Assembly (NCBI GenBank): GCA_035517495.1
Contig: DATIYT010000120.1
Location: forward strand, 9,046-73,045
From: Stellaceae bacterium
GTDB taxonomy: Bacteria > Pseudomonadota > Alphaproteobacteria > ATCC43930 > CGMCC-115725
Direction: 5' to 3'
DNA: 64,000 nt
The position numbers were made by a program, and so were the translations under genes. The notes beneath the pieces were generated by a model. That model worked only from the letters and a program-made list of their open reading frames with translations, made no database searches and was not told where the DNA came from. Shown piece after piece: positions 58,661 to 64,000 of the stretch (within the stretch, counting starts at the first letter, position 1; every line of letters begins with the position of its first letter).

Positions 58661-59194
58661 TCAGGGAAAGTGTTCGAGCGTCCAGATCGTCAACCCGCCC
58701 CCGACGCCTTCGCGGCAGAGGCTCACCGGCTCGACCATCGGTCCCGAGGGTCGCGCCAACGCCTGGCGCAAGTCGCGGCATATACGTCCGTGGCGTCCGA
58801 GATAAGGGTCGGAAACCGGCATAACCCAGCCGCTGGAAGCGATTTGTCCCGAAGGTGAGACTGTCTGCCAATCGAGTTTCGCGGTGATCTCGGCAATCGC
58901 GGCCTGCTGGCTCGCTTCCGCGAGCGCAAGGCGTTCATCGGGATGCATCGAGCGCGCGAGCTTCGCTCCGACCGCACTATCCGCGCGGCCGGGCGGGATC
59001 ATCGGCTCGACCCCTCCGCTCAGAAGAACGCCGTGGTAACCGCCCGTGAAGGTTACAGGTGCCGGGGCGGGACCACGGTCCAGCCTGGCTCCAAGGTAAC
59101 CCGGTTCGGGCGCCTTGATATCGTCGCAAGCCGCGAGCATCAGAAGACCCGCCAGGATGGTCGCCGCGGTGGCTCCGTGGCGGCGGCCGAATTT
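58661..59194 (-). CDS. lipoprotein with surface-antigen-like C-terminal domain; start codon unresolved
   Basis: KFGRRHGATAATILAGLLMLAAC is a lipobox-type signal, but no in-frame ATG/GTG/TTG precedes it. C-terminal GRICRDL...LCREG motifs. Confidence 0.45.
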   Translation of the reverse strand, partial: KFGRRHGATAATILAGLLMLAACDDIKAPEPGYLGARLDRGPAPAPVTFTGGYHGVLLSGGVEPMIPPGRADSAVGAKLARSMHPDERLALAEASQQAAIAEITAKLDWQTVSPSGQIASSGWVMPVSDPYLGRHGRICRDLRQALARPSGPMVEPVSLCREGVGGGLTIWTLEHFP

Positions 59195-59209
59195 GCTATC
59201 ATCGCGGCC

Positions 59210-59692
59210 ATGCGTCTCGCCGGTTCGATCGCGCTCCTTCTGTTGATGTCGGCTGCCGCCGCGCACGCGCAGTTCTACGACCTCGACGGCGCCTATCGCT
59301 GCCTCAAAACGCCGGATGCGCAGTGCGAGAAGGACCTGGCGGATCGCCCAACCCAGGCGCCACCCGCGCCGCCGCCCAAGCCGGTCGCTCCCGACGTCGG
59401 AGCCGCAATTGCGCACGTGCGCGACAAGACCGTTGGCCCGAAGGATATCGAGACACTGACCCACGCGGCCGAAGGTAACGATTCGCGCGCGGTCGAAGTG
59501 CTGGCGTGGTGCAAGCTTAACGGCCTCGGCACGGCGCGCGACCCGGTTGGAGCGTACTGGCTTTACCGCCAGGCGGCCGGGCTCAACGTCCCTCATGCCC
59601 GCGAGAATCAGATCGCCGTGTTCGAGAAGCAACTGACCCCGGAACAGCGGCAGCAGGTGCTGACCGAGGAGAACAGCCGGAAAAAACCATGA
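59210..59692 (+). CDS. secreted Sel1-like repeat protein (160 aa)
   Basis: Signal peptide MRLAGSIALLLLMSAAAAHA/Q. Sel1-like AEGNDSRAVEVLAWCKLNGLGTARDPVGAYWLYRQAA. High GC3 in this frame. Confidence 0.55.
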   Translation: MRLAGSIALLLLMSAAAAHAQFYDLDGAYRCLKTPDAQCEKDLADRPTQAPPAPPPKPVAPDVGAAIAHVRDKTVGPKDIETLTHAAEGNDSRAVEVLAWCKLNGLGTARDPVGAYWLYRQAAGLNVPHARENQIAVFEKQLTPEQRQQVLTEENSRKKP

Positions 59693-59814
59693 TGGTGGAA
59701 AACGCATCGACCGCTCCGCGAGGGATCAAGCTAGATCATCCTCGCAGCAAGCGATAAATTCATTGTTAACCAGGCAAGTGTGAGGCTCAAGCGGCAGTCT
59801 CGGGATTTCCGTTC

Positions 59815-60363
59815 ATGACCGACCTCGCCGCGATTGACCGCCCCGTACACGCTCCCGACCAGGCCATTGTGCGCCACGCCGAGCCGCGCGATGCGGCGAA
59901 GCTCGTTGACTTGGTTAACGCACTCGCGCGCGAGGCCCGCTTGCTGTTCGTGACGCCGATCGATCCGGCGACAGGAGCCGCGACCGTGCGACAGTATCTC
60001 GAAGCGATGGCGACAAGCGGCAATAGCGCCGTGCTGGTCGCCGAGCGCGGCGGAACATTGATCGGCATCGCGACCGGCAATGGCGGCGCACATCCCTCGA
60101 AGCACGGTGTGGTCGAAATCGGCATCGGCGTGCGCGTCGCGCAGCATGGAATCGGTGTCGGCACGGCGCTGCTCGCGGCGCTTGAGCGCTGGGCGCGCGA
60201 AGTGGGGGTACATCGCCTGCAGCTTCCCGTGGTCACCTCTAACGTGCCGGCGCTCGGGCTCTACCGCAAATCGGGCTTCACCGTCGAGGGCGTATTGAAA
60301 GAGAGCGTCGTCGCCGACGGCCGCAGACTGGATCAGTTCATGATGGCGAAGCTGTTGAATTGA
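59815..60363 (+). CDS. GNAT-family N-acetyltransferase
   Basis: Acetyl-CoA motif QHGIGVGTALLAALERWAREVG. Confidence 0.75.
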   Translation: MTDLAAIDRPVHAPDQAIVRHAEPRDAAKLVDLVNALAREARLLFVTPIDPATGAATVRQYLEAMATSGNSAVLVAERGGTLIGIATGNGGAHPSKHGVVEIGIGVRVAQHGIGVGTALLAALERWAREVGVHRLQLPVVTSNVPALGLYRKSGFTVEGVLKESVVADGRRLDQFMMAKLLN

Positions 60364-60371
60364 ACCTGCCC

Positions 60372-61004
60372 TCAGGTTAGTCGCGCCCCGATCCGGTCCG
60401 CATCGAATTCGCGCGAGGCTGCGCACTCCGCGGCGGCGTCGAGCAGCCACTCCGCCACATAGGCGCTGAAGGAAGGCCGCACGAACAGACGAAACGTCGG
60501 CCGGTCGTCGAGGCACTGCACGATAACCTGCGTTCTCGCGAGCAAGCTTTGCGCGACAGCCGATGGTGCAAAAACCTTGGCGTGCAAGTCGATCGGCATG
60601 CCCTTGGCAAGGACCAGCCGCGCCTCCCGGCCGGTTATCTCGATCGCCGTGCGATTGGCGGAAAGATCGACGACCGAGTGATGCAGATCCCGGAGTATCT
60701 GGCGGAGCGTCTGCTCGAGGGTCGACGAGTCGTCGCCTTGAGCCACGACCAGCCATTCATCGGGTCCCAGCCAGAGCGCGCCGCGGTCGGGGCTCCCGGA
60801 CCAGGTATTGGCCCTCGGCAGGTCGAAACCCAATGCCGCCGTGACCCGCGCATTGAAGTCGCCATTCGCGGCGTCGCCGCGCAGGTCGATCTGGGCAACA
60901 AACGGCGTCTCGCGAATTGCAAATTGTTGCGGAATGCCGCTCGCTACGGCAAAGCGATCGGACCAGCCGGCGAGCGGACTGAGGCGCTCAGGCGATGCCG
61001 TCAC
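60372..61004 (-). CDS. soxG: sarcosine oxidase gamma-subunit family protein (second copy)
   Basis: GTG at 61004 overlaps the soxA2 end. FVAQIDLRGD...LWLGPDEWLVV...VVDLSANRTAIEITG. Confidence 0.7.
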   Translation of the reverse strand: MTASPERLSPLAGWSDRFAVASGIPQQFAIRETPFVAQIDLRGDAANGDFNARVTAALGFDLPRANTWSGSPDRGALWLGPDEWLVVAQGDDSSTLEQTLRQILRDLHHSVVDLSANRTAIEITGREARLVLAKGMPIDLHAKVFAPSAVAQSLLARTQVIVQCLDDRPTFRLFVRPSFSAYVAEWLLDAAAECAASREFDADRIGARLT

Positions 61005-64000
61005 GGCGCGTGCCTTCGCGATCGAGGAAAACGCTATCGGTGACTTCCATGGTCTCAAGACCGGCTTTCGTCACGCAAAGCACGCGCGTTCCCTTGAGCG
61101 CACGACCATTCTCGAGCAGTGCCAACGCGATGCTGCGCTGTAGGTTGGGGCTGTAATAGCTCGACGTCACATGACCGATGGAAGGACTGCCTCGTTCCGT
61201 GCTGAACGCCGCGCTATTCGCGTCGGCGACGAGATGCGATCCCTCGGCCGCGACAAAAGCGCGATTTTCCGGGAGCAAGCCGACGAGCTGTTTGCGGTTG
61301 GTTCGCGCGGTATCGGCACGTGCGTACGAGCGCTTGCCGATGAAATCCTTCTGCTTGGAGACAATCCAATCCATGCCGAGATCGAAGGGCGTCACCGTGC
61401 CGTCGGTTTCCTGGCCCACGATGATGTAGCCCTTTTCCGCTCGCAGCACGTGCATGGTCTCGGTACCGTAAGGGGTGAGGCCATGCGGCGCACCGGCGGC
61501 CATCGCTGCCTCCCAAAGCGCGAGACCGTACCAGGCCGGCACATTGATCTCGTAGGAGAGTTCGCCGGTGAAACTGATGCGGAAAATGCGCGCGGGAATG
61601 CCCGCCACCGTCGCCTCGCGAAAGGTCATGAACGGGAAGGCCTCGTTCACCAGCGTCAGGTCGGGCGCCAGGGCGTGCAGAATTTTCCCGGCATCGGGTC
61701 CTGCGATCGTTACCGTCGCCCATTGCTCGGTAACCGAGGTGCAGAAGACTCGAAGCGACGGCCACTCCGTCTGCAGCCACTCTTCGAGCCAATCCATGAT
61801 CCGCCCGGCATTCCCGGTGGTGGTGGTCATCAGGAACCGCTCCGGGCCGAGCCGGGTCGTGACGCCGTCGTCCAGCACCATGCCGTCGAGCTTGCACATG
61901 AGCCCATAGCGGCAACTGCCGACCGCGAGCTTGGACCAGGCGTTGGTATAGATGCGGTTCAGCAATTCGGCGGCGTCAGGGCCTTGGATGTCGATCTTTC
62001 CGAGCGTGCTCGCGTCCAGAATGCCGGCACTGCTGCGCACCGCCCGGCATTCGCGGCGTAGGGCCGCTTCCTTGTCTTCGCCCGCGCGCGGGTAATACCA
62101 GGGGCGCTTCCATTGCCCCACGTCTTCGAACACGGCCCCATTCGCCACGTGCCACGCATGAATGGGCGTGGTGCGGATGGGGTCGATCAGCGTGCCGGTA
62201 TCGCGGCCCGCAAGCGCGCCAAAAGCCACGGGCGTATAGGGCGGGCGAAAGGTCGTGGTACCGACCGCCGGAATCGATTCCTTGAGCGCATCCGCGAGTA
62301 CGCCGATTCCCGTGACGTTGGAGGTTTTGCCTTGATCGGGCGCCATTCCGAGCGTGGTATAGCGCTTGGCATGCTCGACGGCGCGAAAGCCCTCGCGTGC
62401 GGCGAGACGCAGGTCGGCCTCGGTCACATCGTTCTGCAGATCGACGAAATGCTTGCCGCGAATGCGGCTTTGCGTGCGCGCTTGCACCGAGGGGAACGCG
62501 TCGACGCGCAATGAATCGGCTCTCTCGATCGCCGCCGCCCCTTCGGTCCCGAGGCCGCGCGCCGCCAGAATGCGCGCAGCCGCCGACCGGCCGTCTGCAA
62601 GCGCTGCCGTCAGCGGGAATTGTCCGTTGACCGCTCCCGCGGCTTCGACGGACTGGCGGCAACGGTCGGGGAGAAAGCAAGCGAGACGCTCGTCGTAGCG
62701 GAGCGCCCCGGTGGCCTGGCTGAACAAGTGCACCGCCGGATTAAATCCGCCGGAGACCAGCAGGTGATCGCAGTCGAGGTGCCGCGTTTCGCCGTCGGGG
62801 AGGCGGCGCAGTTCGACCATTCCGATTCGCTTGCCGCCGCGCGCTTGCGCGACCACGAAGCCGCGCAGCACCTCGACGCCAAGATCGGCGGCGCGGCGAT
62901 CGAGCGCTGGATCGGGTCCCGATCGGCTATCGATGATATGCGTGACGTTGCGCGCCGCCGCCTGTGCCTCGATCGCGAGCGCAAAGCCCAGATCGTTGTT
63001 GACGAAGGCGACGCCGCGACGGCCGCAGCGCACGCCGTACCGGTTTGCATAACCTGCAACCGCGGAGGCGAGCATGATGCCGGGTAAGTCGTTGTCTCCG
63101 AACACGATCGGGCGCTCATGGGCTCCGGTTGCGAGTACCACGTGATCCGCACGGAAGTGCCAGAGCCGCTGGCGGGCGATACCGGGCAGGCCGTTCGATG
63201 CGAGATGATCGGTACGGCGCTCCAGCGCCATCAGATAATTCTGGTCGTAGTAGCCGAAGACCGTGGTGTGCGGCAGCAGCAGCACGTTCGGCATGGCGGC
63301 GAGCTCGGCCGCGGCATCGGCACGCCACGCCTCGTCCGCATCGGTTGCCGACGCGCGATGGAGCAAGCTGCCGCCCAGCTCGGGGTCCTGCTCGGCGAGA
63401 ACCAGGCGGAGGCCAGCACGCGCCAATTCAAGCGCGGCGGCAAGGCCTGCGGGTCCCGCGCCCACGACCAGCACGTCGCAGTGCCAGTGCAGGCGGTCGT
63501 AACGATCGGGGTCGGGACCCTTGGGCGCGACGCCAAGGCCCGCTGCGGCTCGGATCGCAGGCTCGTAGAGCGAGCGCCAAAAAGGTTTCGGCCACATGAA
63601 AGTCTTGTTGTAGAAGCCCGCGACGAGGATTGCCGAGGCGATGCCGTGCAGTGCCCGCAGGTCGAATTCCACGTTCGGAAAGCAATTGACGCTTTCTGCG
63701 ACCAGGCCGGTGTAAAGTTCGATCTCAGTCGCGCGCAGATTGGGCTCGCTGCGTGCGTCGCTTCCAAGCTGCACCACGGCATTGGGCTCCTCGCTGCCAA
63801 GCCCCGTGATGCCGCGGGGGCGGTGATACTTAAAGCTCCGCGCGACCAGGTGCACGCCGTTCGCCAACAGCGCCGAGGCCAACGTATCACCGGGATGGCC
63901 TTCGAGGTCGCGTCCGTTGAAGCGGAAGCCGAGCGTGCGCGTGCGGTCGATGCGCCCCAAGCCGTCGATGCGGCGGACACCGGCTGACGGGTTACGCGCG
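60988..64000 (-). CDS. soxA: sarcosine oxidase alpha-subunit family protein (second copy); 5' end probably beyond the window
   Basis: GDTLASALLANGVHLVARSFKYHRPRG. The frame stays open from TTG 63960 up to the window edge. Confidence 0.8.
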   Translation of the reverse strand, partial: ARNPSAGVRRIDGLGRIDRTRTLGFRFNGRDLEGHPGDTLASALLANGVHLVARSFKYHRPRGITGLGSEEPNAVVQLGSDARSEPNLRATEIELYTGLVAESVNCFPNVEFDLRALHGIASAILVAGFYNKTFMWPKPFWRSLYEPAIRAAAGLGVAPKGPDPDRYDRLHWHCDVLVVGAGPAGLAAALELARAGLRLVLAEQDPELGGSLLHRASATDADEAWRADAAAELAAMPNVLLLPHTTVFGYYDQNYLMALERRTDHLASNGLPGIARQRLWHFRADHVVLATGAHERPIVFGDNDLPGIMLASAVAGYANRYGVRCGRRGVAFVNNDLGFALAIEAQAAARNVTHIIDSRSGPDPALDRRAADLGVEVLRGFVVAQARGGKRIGMVELRRLPDGETRHLDCDHLLVSGGFNPAVHLFSQATGALRYDERLACFLPDRCRQSVEAAGAVNGQFPLTAALADGRSAAARILAARGLGTEGAAAIERADSLRVDAFPSVQARTQSRIRGKHFVDLQNDVTEADLRLAAREGFRAVEHAKRYTTLGMAPDQGKTSNVTGIGVLADALKESIPAVGTTTFRPPYTPVAFGALAGRDTGTLIDPIRTTPIHAWHVANGAVFEDVGQWKRPWYYPRAGEDKEAALRRECRAVRSSAGILDASTLGKIDIQGPDAAELLNRIYTNAWSKLAVGSCRYGLMCKLDGMVLDDGVTTRLGPERFLMTTTTGNAGRIMDWLEEWLQTEWPSLRVFCTSVTEQWATVTIAGPDAGKILHALAPDLTLVNEAFPFMTFREATVAGIPARIFRISFTGELSYEINVPAWYGLALWEAAMAAGAPHGLTPYGTETMHVLRAEKGYIIVGQETDGTVTPFDLGMDWIVSKQKDFIGKRSYARADTARTNRKQLVGLLPENRAFVAAEGSHLVADANSAAFSTERGSPSIGHVTSSYYSPNLQRSIALALLENGRALKGTRVLCVTKAGLETMEVTDSVFLDREGTRRDGIA

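Noticed and set aside
59195-59707. The upstream 170 codons of listed ORF 58661..59707 (minus strand).
   Set aside because: This part overlaps the plus-strand Sel1-like gene, which has a signal peptide and high GC3. The minus-frame translation there is Arg-rich and featureless, so only the lipoprotein portion was kept.

Overview
This is a high-GC chromosomal segment that looks alphaproteobacterial (inference from Cpa/Tad gene order, a CtrA-type box, a TPP riboswitch before thiC, and heterotetrameric sarcosine oxidase). All calls come from reading the ORF translations and the DNA by eye. No database search, HMM run or folding program was used, so family names are motif-level recognitions.

Layout, left to right:
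- 1-13.2 kb: a Flp/Tad (Cpa) pilus locus on the minus strand. It runs from two tandem flp pilin genes (one missing from the ORF track) through cpaA-F and tadBC. A convergent TadD-like TPR-SPOR lipoprotein, a GST and a YkgJ Cys-cluster protein sit at its left edge.
- 13.5-19.2 kb: a secreted His-rich mini-protein, a Cys lipoprotein, a large polytopic membrane protein, EamA, an amidase, a GST and a DOPA-dioxygenase-family protein.
- 19.3-23.2 kb: TPP riboswitch, then thiC, a Nudix gene and hutF, linked by overlapping stop/start codons.
- 23.6-29.8 kb: soxBDAG plus a betaine-homocysteine methyltransferase-like gene.
- 29.8-37.4 kb: zur, GNAT, a creatininase-family protein, a Tat-signal CxxCxC mini-protein, an acyl-CoA synthetase, an enoyl-CoA hydratase, a higBA islet and an M20 peptidase.
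- 37.4-46.0 kb: the ligase-associated DNA damage response system (Lhr, PdeM / exonuclease, ATP-dependent ligase). Three non-canonical passenger genes are embedded in it, and a 561-nt C-tract-rich divergent control region separates its two arms.
- 46.0-58.6 kb: an O-antigen/polysaccharide cluster in which two genes are in-frame internal-deletion remnants.
- 58.7-64.0 kb: a lipoprotein, a Sel1-like protein, a GNAT and a second, diverged soxA/soxG pair running off the window.

No rRNA, tRNA, CRISPR array, transposase or integrase was recognised.

The most interesting candidates are the expanded Lhr-PdeM operon with its control region, the unexplained trio next to the pilin genes, the Tat mini-protein beside a creatininase/MftE-family enzyme, and the two collapsed polysaccharide genes.
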